From contig JAZUFU010000130.1 in NCBI GenBank assembly GCA_045640865.1, positions 12,281 to 76,280 on the forward strand: a DNA stretch of 64,000 nucleotides, in the 5' to 3' direction. Under the pieces are notes generated by a model. It saw only the letters and a list, made by a program, of their open reading frames with translations, was not told where the DNA came from and did no database searches. Origin of the DNA: Acutalibacteraceae bacterium. Its GTDB lineage: Bacteria; Bacillota; Clostridia; Oscillospirales; Acutalibacteraceae. A program made the position numbers and the translations under genes. Below are positions 17,898-27,013 of the stretch, one piece after another. Within the stretch, counting starts at the first letter, position 1. The number at the start of each line of letters is the position of its first letter.

Positions 17898-18080
17898 CGT
17901 CGCACTCTCCTTTTAAAATCATTATATTCATCAATATTATGTGTGTGATTATATTGCCATTAAAACAATGCACACCTCTTGATTTTAATATTGATATGTA
18001 TTATAATATAAAAATCATATAATGTAAAGTTATATTTTTTATTGCATCTATAAAATTTTCTTATACAGGCGGTGCGTGCG

Positions 18081-18983
18081 ATGATTGACAATAAGCTGTA
18101 TTCCCTTTTAAAAGTGTATGAAACAAGAAGCTATGTTGCGGCGGCAAAACAGCTTTCTGTAACTCAGCCTGCCGTCAGCCAGCATATAAAAGCTTTGGAG
18201 CAGGAATTTAATGTTAAAATTTTTGACCGATGCAACGGTCAGCTTGTTGTAACGAAGCAGGGAGAAAAGATTGTGAAGTGCGCTCAGAAAATGGCAGGGC
18301 TTTACAATGTGCTTGTGCAGGATCTGAACAACAGCAAAAACATGATAAACCACCTCACCGTGGGCGTAACGCATACCGCCGAGAGCAATCCGATTGCCGA
18401 AGCACTCGCCAAATACTGCGCTCAGGATGTTGATACGAGTATAAAAATAATTACAAACGATATAAGAAATCTTTATAAAATGCTTAAAACCTACGAAACG
18501 GATTTAGCAATTGTTGAGGGCAGAATTTCCGACCCGTCTATCCGACATCTTCTGCTTGATACCGACTATCTTGTCCTTGCTGTTTCACCGAATCACCCGT
18601 TCGCAAAGAAAAGCATGGTTACTCTTGACGAGCTGAAGAAAGAGAGGCTCATTTTAAGACTTCCCAATTCGGGCACGCGAAGCCTTTTCGCCGCTCATCT
18701 TGAAAGCAACAACATGAGCATCAGCGATTTTGATGTTATCCTTGAGGTTGACAACATCGCCACAATCAAGGATTTGATAAGGCGCGATTTCGGCGTTTCA
18801 ATTCTATCAAAAAGCGTTTGCCTCGACGAGCTTAAAAAAGGCAAAATGGCAGTTCTGCCCGTCGAGAATCTGAGCATGATAAGAGAAATCAACATCGCCT
18901 ACCGCGCGGATTTCACTCAGTTCGATGTTCTTCACAACATTGTCAAATACTACAACGAAACACTTAAAATATATAAAAAGTAA
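18081..18983 (+). CDS. LysR-family transcriptional regulator
   Basis: N-terminal helix-turn-helix (HTH) domain YVAAAKQLSVTQPAVSQHIKALE, and a LysR substrate-binding domain. Divergent from mgtC. The ORF track starts at GTG 18072; ATG 18081 is preferred. Confidence 0.85.
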   Translation: MIDNKLYSLLKVYETRSYVAAAKQLSVTQPAVSQHIKALEQEFNVKIFDRCNGQLVVTKQGEKIVKCAQKMAGLYNVLVQDLNNSKNMINHLTVGVTHTAESNPIAEALAKYCAQDVDTSIKIITNDIRNLYKMLKTYETDLAIVEGRISDPSIRHLLLDTDYLVLAVSPNHPFAKKSMVTLDELKKERLILRLPNSGTRSLFAAHLESNNMSISDFDVILEVDNIATIKDLIRRDFGVSILSKSVCLDELKKGKMAVLPVENLSMIREINIAYRADFTQFDVLHNIVKYYNETLKIYKK

Positions 18984-18992
18984 GAGGTAAAT

Positions 18993-21572
18993 ATGAAAAA
19001 ATCTGTTATCGGAATACTGGCTCATGTCGATGCGGGCAAAACCACACTTGCGGAGGCCATGCTTTACACCGCGGGCAATCTGAGAAAGCTCGGCAGGGTT
19101 GACAACGGAGACACAGCCCTTGACACCCATTCCCTTGAAAAAGAGCGCGGAATAACAATTTTTTCAAGCCAGGCTGTGCTGAATTATAAAAATTCCGTGT
19201 TTACGCTTCTTGATACTCCCGGTCATGTGGATTTTTCCGCGGAAACGGAGCGAACTCTGCGCGTGCTCGATTATGCCGTGCTTGTAATCAGCGGTCTTGA
19301 CGGCGTTCAGGCTCACACAAGGACGCTTTGGAAGCTCCTTGCTCATTACGGAGTGCCGACATTTATATTCATCACCAAAATGGACTTCGCGCGCAAAAGC
19401 CGCGAGGAGCTTATTGACGGACTGACGGAAGAGCTCGGTGAGGGATTTATTGATTTTTCGCCCGACAAAACGGAGCAGAGAAGCGAATCAGCCGCCATGT
19501 GCCACGAGGAGCTTTTGGAAAAATACCTTGCGGACGGCGAAATCTCTGACGAAGATATTATGAAAGCGGTCAAAAGCCGCGTGATTTTCCCGTGCTTTTT
19601 CGGCTCGGGGCTCAAGCTTGAGGGCATTGAATATTTCCTCGACTCTCTCGATAAATATATTATTCCCAACGAATATCCCGACGCTTTCGGCGCAAAGGTG
19701 TTTAAAATCAGCCGCGAGCAGGGGACGCGCCTTGTGCATATAAAAGTAACAGGCGGCAAAATTAAGGTGCGCGACAGTGTAAAAAGCGGCGACAGAGAAG
19801 AAAAAATCGGTCAGATAAGAATTTACTCCGGCGCGAAATACACAACCGCCGACGAGGTTTCGGCAGGCGAAATCTGCGCTGTTGCAGGGCTTGAAGCTGT
19901 TGCCAACGGGCAGGGACTCGGCTTTGAAGCGTCGGGCGCAAAGGCTGTGCTTGAGCCTGTTATGAATTACCGCATAGTTCTCCCCGAGGGCTGCGACCCT
20001 CAGACGATGATGCCGAAGCTCCGCATTCTGGAAGAGGAAGACCCTCAGCTCAGAGTTACGTGGAACAGCCACCTGCAGGAGATTCATGTGGGGCTTATGG
20101 GCGAGGTGCAGACGGAAATCCTCAAAAGTCTTGTTTCAGAGCGTTTCGGCGTGGATATCGAAATCGACTCGGGCAGAGTTCTTTATAAGGAAACAATCAA
20201 AAACAGGGTTGAAGGCGTTGGCCATTATGAGCCGCTGCGCCATTACGCCGAGGTACATCTGATTATGGAGCCGCTCGAGCGCGGAAGCGGTCTGAAATTT
20301 GAAACACTTTGCAGTGAGGACAGCCTTGACCGCAACTGGCAAAGGCTTATTCTCATGCACCTTAAAGAAAAACAGCATTTAGGTGTGCTCACAGGCTCGC
20401 CTGTAACGGACATGAAATTCACCCTTGCCGCAGGCAGAGCACATATAAAGCACACGGAGGGTGGCGACTTCAGGCAGGCAACCTACCGCGCCGTGCGCCA
20501 CGGACTCATGAACGCCGAAAGTGTGCTTTTGGAGCCTTATTACAGCTTCCGCCTTGAAATTCCGCCCGAGCAGCTCGGCAGAGCGATAAACGATATAAGA
20601 ATGAAAGCAGGCACATTTGACCCTCCCGAGGATTCGGGCAGTATGTCGCTTTTAAAGGGCAGAGCACCTGTTACGGCACTGAACGGCTACGCTTCTGAGG
20701 TCGCCGCTTACACGGGTGGCAGAGGACGCCTTTTCTGCGAAGTTGCGGGCTATGACGAGTGCCACAATGCTCAGCAGGTCATTGAGGAGATGAATTATTC
20801 CCCCGAGGCTGACCTTGAAAACACACCCGACTCCGTTTTCTGCGCTCACGGCGGCGGCTTCAATGTCAAATGGAGCGATGTTACCGAGTACATGCACCTT
20901 GAGCCGTGTATCAAAAAAGAAAAGCCTTATTCTGCGCAGGTCAATCACCGCAACCTGCACATTGCCGACAAAGAGCTTGAAGCGATTATGGAACGCGAGT
21001 TCGGCAAGGTGAAATATGACCTCTACCGCCCCAAAAATCAGCCGCAGAAGCAGACGGAAAGAATAGTAGATTTTGAAGCGAAAAAGCAGTATGTTATCGT
21101 TGACGGCTACAATGTAATTTTTGCGTGGGACGATTTGAAGCAAATGTCTGAAATCAGCCTTGAATCCGCGCGTGAGAGGCTTATGCAGATTCTCTGCAAT
21201 TATGCCGCGTTCACAAAGTACAATGTTGTGCTTGTCTTTGATGCTTACCGAGTGCCCGGCAACAGAACAACACGATTTGATTTCCACAATATCCATGTTG
21301 TCTATACAAAAGAAAGAGAATTAGGCGATGTGTATATTCAGAAGCTCATTTCCGAAATCGGCAAAAATGAGCACGTCCGCGTAGTAACCTCCGACGGACT
21401 TATCCAGCTTTCCGCTGTAAAGGCAGGGGTCTTGAGAATGTCCGCAAGGGAGTTTGAAGAAGAGGTTGACAGGGTACACGAGAAAATCGGCGAGATGCTT
21501 TACAGAATGAGAGACGAAGCACCCGAAATTCTTTTCGGAGATATAATCGACAGACACAAAAAAGATGTCTGA
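18993..21572 (+). CDS. Tet(M)/EF-G-like translational GTPase fused to a YacP/Rae1-type NYN ribonuclease domain
   Basis: Single 859-aa ORF. GTPase motifs are AHVDAGKT (G1), RGITI (G2), DTPGH (G3) and TKMD (G4 variant). It is colinear with Tet(M) domains II-V through ~aa 640. From ~aa 700 it shows NYN_YacP hallmarks: YVIVDGYNVIFAW, VLVFDAY, VVTSDGLIQ. Confidence 0.8.
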   Translation: MKKSVIGILAHVDAGKTTLAEAMLYTAGNLRKLGRVDNGDTALDTHSLEKERGITIFSSQAVLNYKNSVFTLLDTPGHVDFSAETERTLRVLDYAVLVISGLDGVQAHTRTLWKLLAHYGVPTFIFITKMDFARKSREELIDGLTEELGEGFIDFSPDKTEQRSESAAMCHEELLEKYLADGEISDEDIMKAVKSRVIFPCFFGSGLKLEGIEYFLDSLDKYIIPNEYPDAFGAKVFKISREQGTRLVHIKVTGGKIKVRDSVKSGDREEKIGQIRIYSGAKYTTADEVSAGEICAVAGLEAVANGQGLGFEASGAKAVLEPVMNYRIVLPEGCDPQTMMPKLRILEEEDPQLRVTWNSHLQEIHVGLMGEVQTEILKSLVSERFGVDIEIDSGRVLYKETIKNRVEGVGHYEPLRHYAEVHLIMEPLERGSGLKFETLCSEDSLDRNWQRLILMHLKEKQHLGVLTGSPVTDMKFTLAAGRAHIKHTEGGDFRQATYRAVRHGLMNAESVLLEPYYSFRLEIPPEQLGRAINDIRMKAGTFDPPEDSGSMSLLKGRAPVTALNGYASEVAAYTGGRGRLFCEVAGYDECHNAQQVIEEMNYSPEADLENTPDSVFCAHGGGFNVKWSDVTEYMHLEPCIKKEKPYSAQVNHRNLHIADKELEAIMEREFGKVKYDLYRPKNQPQKQTERIVDFEAKKQYVIVDGYNVIFAWDDLKQMSEISLESARERLMQILCNYAAFTKYNVVLVFDAYRVPGNRTTRFDFHNIHVVYTKERELGDVYIQKLISEIGKNEHVRVVTSDGLIQLSAVKAGVLRMSAREFEEEVDRVHEKIGEMLYRMRDEAPEILFGDIIDRHKKDV

Positions 21573-21664
21573 TAATATTGACTAAACGGAACTAAGGCAT
21601 TATAATATCTTTAATTTATTTTTATGGTGAGCAATCACCAAATAACTATTCGGAGGAATAAACA

Positions 21665-22747
21665 ATGTCCAGAGTTTATAATTTTTCAGCAGGACCTTCC
21701 ATGCTTCCCGAGGAAGTTCTGAAAAAAGCGGCAGCAGAGCTGCTTGAGTACAAGACCACAGGTCAGTCAGTTATGGAGATGTCTCACCGCTCAAAGGAAT
21801 TCAAAGAAATCATCGACGAGGCAGAGGCTCTCGTTCGCGAGCTTTACAAAGTGCCCGATAATTACAAGGTGCTCTTCCTTCACGGCGGCGCTTCAACCCA
21901 GTTTGCCGCAATCCCCCTCAACTTTATGAACGGCTCAGGCAAGGCCGACTATATCGTTTCAGGTCAGTGGGGCAAAAGAGCTTATGAAGAAGCCTCCCGT
22001 TACGGCGATGTAGTTATCACCGCTAACTCAGATGATAAGAATTATTCATACTTCCCCAAGACAAAGAGAGAAGATTTCAGACCCGACGCCGACTATGTTT
22101 ACTACTGCATGAACAACACAATCTTCGGCACAAAGGCTCCCTATATCCCCGATACAGGCGATATCCCCCTTATCACAGATGTTTCATCATGCTTCTTCTC
22201 ACAGCCGCTTGATATTTCCAAGTTCGCTGTTGTCTATGGCGGCGCTCAGAAGAATGTTGCCCCCGCAGGCGTTGTTATCGCTATCGTTCGTGAGGATATG
22301 CTCGGCAAGGCAAGAGACATCACTCCCAAGATGCTCAACTGGCAAGTTCACGCTGATAACGGCTCAATGTATAACACTCCTCCCTGCTACATCATCTATA
22401 TGTGCAAGCTCGTTCTTGAGTGGATTAAAGAGCTCGGCGGCCTTGAAGAAATGGAAAAGAGAAACATCAAAAAGGCAAAGATTCTCTATGATTTCCTTGA
22501 CAACAGCAAGATGTTCTCAAGCACAGTTGTTCCCGAGGACCGTTCTCTCATGAATGTTCCTTTTGTAAGCGGAGACAAAGACCTCGATGCAAAGCTCATT
22601 AAAGAAGCTGCTGAGGCAGGTTTCATCAACATCAAGGGCTATAAGACAGTCGGCGGCATGAGAGCGTCAATCTACAACGCCATGCCCATCGAGGGTGTTG
22701 AAAAGCTCGTTGAGTTCTTAAAGAAATTTGAAGAAGAAAATTCATAA
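21665..22747 (+). CDS. serC: Phosphoserine aminotransferase
   Basis: 360 aa: YNFSAGPSMLPEEVL, GGAQKNVAPAG, GGMRASIYNAMP. Confidence 0.95.
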   Translation: MSRVYNFSAGPSMLPEEVLKKAAAELLEYKTTGQSVMEMSHRSKEFKEIIDEAEALVRELYKVPDNYKVLFLHGGASTQFAAIPLNFMNGSGKADYIVSGQWGKRAYEEASRYGDVVITANSDDKNYSYFPKTKREDFRPDADYVYYCMNNTIFGTKAPYIPDTGDIPLITDVSSCFFSQPLDISKFAVVYGGAQKNVAPAGVVIAIVREDMLGKARDITPKMLNWQVHADNGSMYNTPPCYIIYMCKLVLEWIKELGGLEEMEKRNIKKAKILYDFLDNSKMFSSTVVPEDRSLMNVPFVSGDKDLDAKLIKEAAEAGFINIKGYKTVGGMRASIYNAMPIEGVEKLVEFLKKFEEENS

Positions 22748-22768
22748 TTCCCGAAAGGTACGATTAAA

Positions 22769-23890
22769 ATGTTCAGTATTTTAACTCTTAATAAAATTGC
22801 CGCCTGCGGAACAGACAGATTTACCGCAGACTACACATACGGCGCGGAGATTGAAAATCCCACCGCTATTATGGTTCGTTCCGCTTCCATGCACGATATG
22901 GAGCTGAGCGCGGACACAATCGCAATCGCGAGAGCCGGTGCGGGCACAAACAACATCCCCGTTGAAGCCTGTGCGGAAAAGGGCGTTGTTGTTTTCAACA
23001 CTCCCGGCGCAAACGCAAACGCTGTTAAGGAGCTTGTTATCTGCGGTCTTTTCATGGCTTCAAGAAAGGTTGCCGCGGCTGTTGACTGGTGCAAGACTCT
23101 CAAGGGCGAGGGCGAAAATGTAGGCAAACTCGTTGAAAAAGGCAAATCAAATTTTGCAGGCCCCGAAATCGGCGGCAAAACCCTCGGCGTTGTCGGCATG
23201 GGCGCAATCGGCTTCAAGGTTGCTCAGGCGGCTGAGGCTCTCGGCATGAAGATTGTCGGCTTTGACCCTTATCTTTCTGACGCTGTAAAGGCTCAGCTTT
23301 CCAATGAAACAGAAATCGTTGACGATATCAACGACCTTTTCAAAAAGAGCGATTATATCACGCTTCATCTTCCGCTTCTTGATTCAACCAAGAACACAAT
23401 CAACAAAGAAACTCTTGCTCTTTGCAAGGACGGCGTAAGAATCCTCAACTTCGCGCGCGGCGGACTTGTTGACAGCGATGCGATGATTGAAGCTCTCGGC
23501 ACGGGCAAGTGCGCGGCTTATGTTGTTGACTTCCCCAGCGACGAAATGATAGGCGTTGACGGCGTAACAGCTATTCCTCACCTCGGAGCTTCCACTCCCG
23601 AAAGTGAAGACAACTGCGCTGTTATGGCGGCTGACCAGCTTATGCTTTATATCGAAAAAGGCGAAATCAAAAACTCCGTCAACCTCCCGAACCTCACAGG
23701 TCTCGGCGAGAAAGACGGCAAGCGTGTATGCGTTATCTGCAAGGAATGTGCTGTTGGCGCAGTCAAAGCGGCTCTCGGTGAGAACGCGAAATCCGCGGCT
23801 AAAAAAGGCTACGGCTATGTTGTGTGCGACGGCGCTGACGAAGCAAAGCTTGACGGCATCGACGGAATAATCAAAATCCGCGTTATTTAA
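22769..23890 (+). CDS. serA: D-3-phosphoglycerate dehydrogenase
   Basis: 373 aa 2-hydroxyacid dehydrogenase fold (GVVGMGAIG NAD site, NFARGGLVD, HLGAST), adjacent to serC. Confidence 0.85.
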   Translation: MFSILTLNKIAACGTDRFTADYTYGAEIENPTAIMVRSASMHDMELSADTIAIARAGAGTNNIPVEACAEKGVVVFNTPGANANAVKELVICGLFMASRKVAAAVDWCKTLKGEGENVGKLVEKGKSNFAGPEIGGKTLGVVGMGAIGFKVAQAAEALGMKIVGFDPYLSDAVKAQLSNETEIVDDINDLFKKSDYITLHLPLLDSTKNTINKETLALCKDGVRILNFARGGLVDSDAMIEALGTGKCAAYVVDFPSDEMIGVDGVTAIPHLGASTPESEDNCAVMAADQLMLYIEKGEIKNSVNLPNLTGLGEKDGKRVCVICKECAVGAVKAALGENAKSAAKKGYGYVVCDGADEAKLDGIDGIIKIRVI

Positions 23891-23910
23891 AATATATTTT
23901 TACATTCAAA

Positions 23911-23937
23911 CGGCGCAGGCTTTCTGTGCCGTTTTTT
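23911..23937 (+). terminator. Intrinsic terminator after serA
   Basis: CGGCGCAG-gcttt-CTGTGCCG stem followed by tttttt. Confidence 0.7.
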
Positions 23938-23938
23938 G

Positions 23939-23967
23939 TTGACTAATTTTGCGTGAAGCGTTATAAT
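23939..23967 (+). promoter_or_regulatory. Sigma-A-type promoter
   Basis: TTGACT (23939-23944), 17-bp spacer, TATAAT (23962-23967). Confidence 0.5.
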
Positions 23968-24002
23968 ATCAGACGAAAATATAACCGAAAGACGGAGATA
24001 AT

Positions 24003-24191
24003 ATGAAAAAACAGTGCGAGGGCTGCTACAAGCGGTTCGAGATAATAAGAGATACTTCTGTTCCCATTTCGCCCGACCTCAAAGCGCCGAGCGAGAGCAT
24101 TTACTGCCCGTGGTGCGGACGCGAAAACGGTCTGATTGAAAAGGGCGCGCTCATCAGCACACGCAGATGCGTATCGGAAAGTGAGTTTTGA
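24003..24191 (+). CDS. Small zinc-ribbon protein (hypothetical)
   Basis: 62 aa with a CEGC ... CPWC pair. GGAG RBS. Its stop (24189-24191) lies 1 nt before the dipeptidase ATG, suggesting translational coupling. Confidence 0.45.
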   Translation: MKKQCEGCYKRFEIIRDTSVPISPDLKAPSESIYCPWCGRENGLIEKGALISTRRCVSESEF

Positions 24192-24192
24192 C

Positions 24193-25575
24193 ATGAAAGA
24201 GCTTCTTGAAAATTACTTTGCCGCTCACAGGCGCGAGCTTGTTGAAAGCGTAGGCGAGCTTGTGAAAATTCCGAGCGTACGCGGTGAGACCGAGGACGGC
24301 AAGCCTTACGGCGAGATGCCGTTTGCCGTGCTCTCCAAAGCTCTTGAAATTGCCGACGGCTTCGGCTTCAAAACGAAAAATTATGACGGCTATGTCGGCG
24401 CAGTGGATTTCAACGAAAACGAAACCAATCTTAATATTTTTGCTCATCTTGATGTTGTTGCCGCAGGCGACGGCTGGCACACTCAGCCTTACGAAATGAC
24501 CGAAAAAGACGGCGTGCTTTTCGGCAGGGGCGTCAGCGACGATAAAGGCCCCGCAATGGCGGGTCTTTACGCCATGAAAGCAATACGTGATTCCGGCATA
24601 AAGCTCAGCAAAAATGTCCGCCTTGTGCTTGGCACAGACGAGGAATGCGGCAGCAGCGATTTGAAATATTATTTTTCAAAGGAAAAAGCCGCTCCATGGT
24701 CGTTCACGCCCGACGCGAATTTCCCTGTTACCAACGGCGAAAAGGGCAGATTTTCAAAGAATTTCTGCAGTGAATACAACGATAACTCACCTGCCTGCTA
24801 TGTTGAAAAAATCTACGGTGGCGAGGTCGGTAATGCTGTTCCGTCAGCCTGCGAGGCTGTTGTTCGCGGACTGAGCGATGATGAAATAAGACTTTGCGCT
24901 GACGAAATCAGCCGCACTACAAAGGCCGATTTTGAAATTGACGGCGGCAAAATAATCTGCCGCGGCACTTCCGCTCACGCGTCGCTCCCGTTTATGGGCA
25001 ACAATCCAATTACCGCGATGCTTGCGCTTCTTTGCGCTCTGCCGCTTGACGAATGTGAAAGCACCGAAAAAATACATTCTCTCGGCAGACTTTTCCCTCA
25101 CGGGGACTGGCTGGGCAAGGCGTTCGGAGTTGAAATGAGCGATAAGCTCGGCGAGCTTACCTTAACGCTTGATATTATCCGCCTTGAAAAAGGCAGGATT
25201 TCGGGCTTTTTTGACGCAAGAACGCCCATGCTTGCCGACAAAGAAAATTGCGCCGACAAAATCAAATCGGTGCTTAACAACAGCGGATTTTTGCTCGAAA
25301 ATAACGATATAATTCCTGCTCACTATGTTGACGAAAGCTCGGATTTTATTCAGATTCTTCTCAGAAATTATGAGCTTTTCACGGGCGAAAAGGGCAGCTG
25401 CATTTCAATGGGCGGCGGTACTTACGTTCACAATGTTGAGGGCGGCGTGGCTTTCGGAGCAATTAAAAAGGGCGTCAGCACAAATATGCACGGTGCTGAC
25501 GAATTCATGCCCGTTGACGATTTGATAACCGCCGCAAAAATTTACGCAGGCGTAATTTATGATTTGTGCAGATAG
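24193..25575 (+). CDS. pepV: M20-family dipeptidase (PepV/Sapep-like)
   Basis: Motifs AHLDVV..GDGW, RGVSDDKGP and GTDEECGS are typical of PepV. Start moved to ATG 24193 (MKELLENYF..); the ORF track extends to 24136. Confidence 0.8.
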   Translation: MKELLENYFAAHRRELVESVGELVKIPSVRGETEDGKPYGEMPFAVLSKALEIADGFGFKTKNYDGYVGAVDFNENETNLNIFAHLDVVAAGDGWHTQPYEMTEKDGVLFGRGVSDDKGPAMAGLYAMKAIRDSGIKLSKNVRLVLGTDEECGSSDLKYYFSKEKAAPWSFTPDANFPVTNGEKGRFSKNFCSEYNDNSPACYVEKIYGGEVGNAVPSACEAVVRGLSDDEIRLCADEISRTTKADFEIDGGKIICRGTSAHASLPFMGNNPITAMLALLCALPLDECESTEKIHSLGRLFPHGDWLGKAFGVEMSDKLGELTLTLDIIRLEKGRISGFFDARTPMLADKENCADKIKSVLNNSGFLLENNDIIPAHYVDESSDFIQILLRNYELFTGEKGSCISMGGGTYVHNVEGGVAFGAIKKGVSTNMHGADEFMPVDDLITAAKIYAGVIYDLCR

Positions 25576-25584
25576 GAGAATATT

Positions 25585-26130
25585 ATGAAGCTTGAAGAAA
25601 CAACCGTAAATAAAAATTATATCTATAACGGAAGAATAATAAACCTGCGCCGTGATGACGCGCTTCTGCCCGACGGCAAGCCCTGCATAAGAGAGGTTGT
25701 TGAGCATAACGGCGGCGTCTGCATTGCGGCTCTTACAGATGACAATGAGCTGATTTTTGTCCGTCAGTTCAGATATCCTTATATGGACATTCTCCTTGAG
25801 CTCCCTGCGGGTAAGCTCGAAAAAGGCGAGGACGCTCTCCCCGCGGGCAAGCGTGAGCTTCTTGAGGAAACGGGCTTTGAGGCTGAGGAGTATGAATTCT
25901 TAGGCAAGTTCTATCCCTCCTGCGGCTACACCGACGAAATAATCTGGCTCTATCTTGCGAAAAATCTCACATTCAAAGGTCAGAATCTTGATGAGGACGA
26001 GTTTATCAACCTTGAAAGAATACCGCTTGAAAAAGCTGCCGAAATGGTTATGAACAATGAAATTCCCGACGGCAAAACTCAGGCGGCAATCCTCAAAACA
26101 TATTTAAAAATAAAGGACGGCGTGAAGTAA
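25585..26130 (+). CDS. NUDIX hydrolase (ADP-ribose pyrophosphatase type)
   Basis: 181 aa; Nudix box GKLEKGEDALPAGKRELLEETGF. Confidence 0.85.
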   Translation: MKLEETTVNKNYIYNGRIINLRRDDALLPDGKPCIREVVEHNGGVCIAALTDDNELIFVRQFRYPYMDILLELPAGKLEKGEDALPAGKRELLEETGFEAEEYEFLGKFYPSCGYTDEIIWLYLAKNLTFKGQNLDEDEFINLERIPLEKAAEMVMNNEIPDGKTQAAILKTYLKIKDGVK

Positions 26131-26687
26131 TGAAAAATATTATTCTCGCCTCGGGCTCTCCGAGAAGGCGTGAGCTTCTCACCCTCGGCGGTGTGGATTT
26201 CACGGTTAAAACCGCTGATACGGACGAAACCGTTTCACCTGACCTTGCGCCCGATGAAACGGTTAAGATTCTCTCAAAAAGAAAAGCTCTCGCCGTGGCG
26301 GAGCTTTGCCCCGACAGCATTGTTATCGGGGCGGATACGGTTGTCGCTGTTGACGATAAAATCCTCGGCAAGCCGAAGGACAGAGACGAGGCGTTCTCCA
26401 TGCTTTCCTCCCTTTCGGGCAGAAGCCATTTTGTCTATACGGGAGTTTTCATCACGGACGGCGCAAAGGAAATCAGCTTCTGCGAGAAAACCGAGGTTGA
26501 GTTCTATGAGCTGACCGACGGTGAAATAGAAAGCTACATCGCAACGGGCGACTGCTTCGACAAGGCGGGCGGCTACGGAATACAGACAAACGGCTGCACA
26601 CTCGTTAAAAGAATCGACGGTGATTATTTTAATGTCGTCGGTCTGCCTCTGGCGGAAACGGTAAGAAAGCTGAAGTTGTTTGGTTAA
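26130..26687 (+). CDS. maf: Maf-like nucleoside triphosphate pyrophosphatase
   Basis: 185 aa: ILASGSPRRRELL, GADTVV, KAGGYGIQ. TAATG overlap with the preceding gene. Confidence 0.9.
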   Translation: MKNIILASGSPRRRELLTLGGVDFTVKTADTDETVSPDLAPDETVKILSKRKALAVAELCPDSIVIGADTVVAVDDKILGKPKDRDEAFSMLSSLSGRSHFVYTGVFITDGAKEISFCEKTEVEFYELTDGEIESYIATGDCFDKAGGYGIQTNGCTLVKRIDGDYFNVVGLPLAETVRKLKLFG

Positions 26688-26689
26688 AA

Positions 26690-27012
26690 CCATGTGTTAT
26701 GCAGGGGACGACTTCTGCCTTCGCTGGTAGGGACGATTCGCTCGTTTTGATATAATCGCATAATTACCCCCTCAGTCAGCTACGCTGACAGCTCCCCAAA
26801 GTGGCGCCTTATTGCCTCTCTCGGGGGAGGTGGCAAAATCTCCGATTTTGTCGGTGGGGGTTGAAATAGATAAAAGTGATGAAGTGATTCTTTAGGGGCG
26901 ATTACGATTACTCTACGACAGAACGCATACCGTGATATAAAGTTATGACAAAGCTTCAGCATTGTTCTCACAGATTGAAGATTATAGCCAAGTTACCCCG
27001 AATATAAAAATA
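26690..27012 (+). other. GC-rich structured intergenic element (candidate ncRNA or repeat)
   Basis: About 320 nt with no credible ORF. It has three GGGRCGAYT copies (26703, 26728, 26894) and an extended -10 TGaTATAAT (26748-26756). Hairpins GTCAGC-tac-GCTGAC (26775-26789) and AAAATC-tcc-GATTTT (26834-26848) are flanked by C5/G5 runs. It ends at the terminator at 27014-27042. Confidence 0.3.
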
Positions 27013-27013
27013 A

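Noticed and set aside
17898-18080. Mg2+ (M-box) riboswitch upstream of mgtC
   Set aside because: The spacer is ~180 nt of very AT-rich sequence with no GC-rich helices of M-box type. It more likely holds divergent mgtC/LysR promoters and LysR sites.
18993-21572. Calling the GTPase fusion a tetracycline-resistance (ribosomal protection) gene
   Set aside because: The architecture resembles Tet(M), but identity cannot be measured here. The G4 motif and domain-IV loop differ, and the NYN fusion points to another function. No resistance claim is made.
26700-26745. tmRNA-like 5' end (GGGGACGA...) in the maf-downstream intergenic element
   Set aside because: The resemblance is limited to the first ~8 nt. 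There is no tag reading frame ending in ..ALAA-stop, and no T-arm/ACCA 3' end. The motif occurs three times in the region, so it is more likely a repeat unit.
26930-26960. RNase P-like 'ACAGAAC..ATACCG' string
   Set aside because: It is an isolated short match. The universally conserved GAGGAAAGTCC region and other RNase P core elements are absent from the region.
26780-26971. 63-aa minus-strand ORF in the maf-downstream intergenic region
   Set aside because: It has no RBS and a Pro/Arg-rich implausible sequence. It runs through the GC-rich hairpins, so it is likely an artefact of the structured element.
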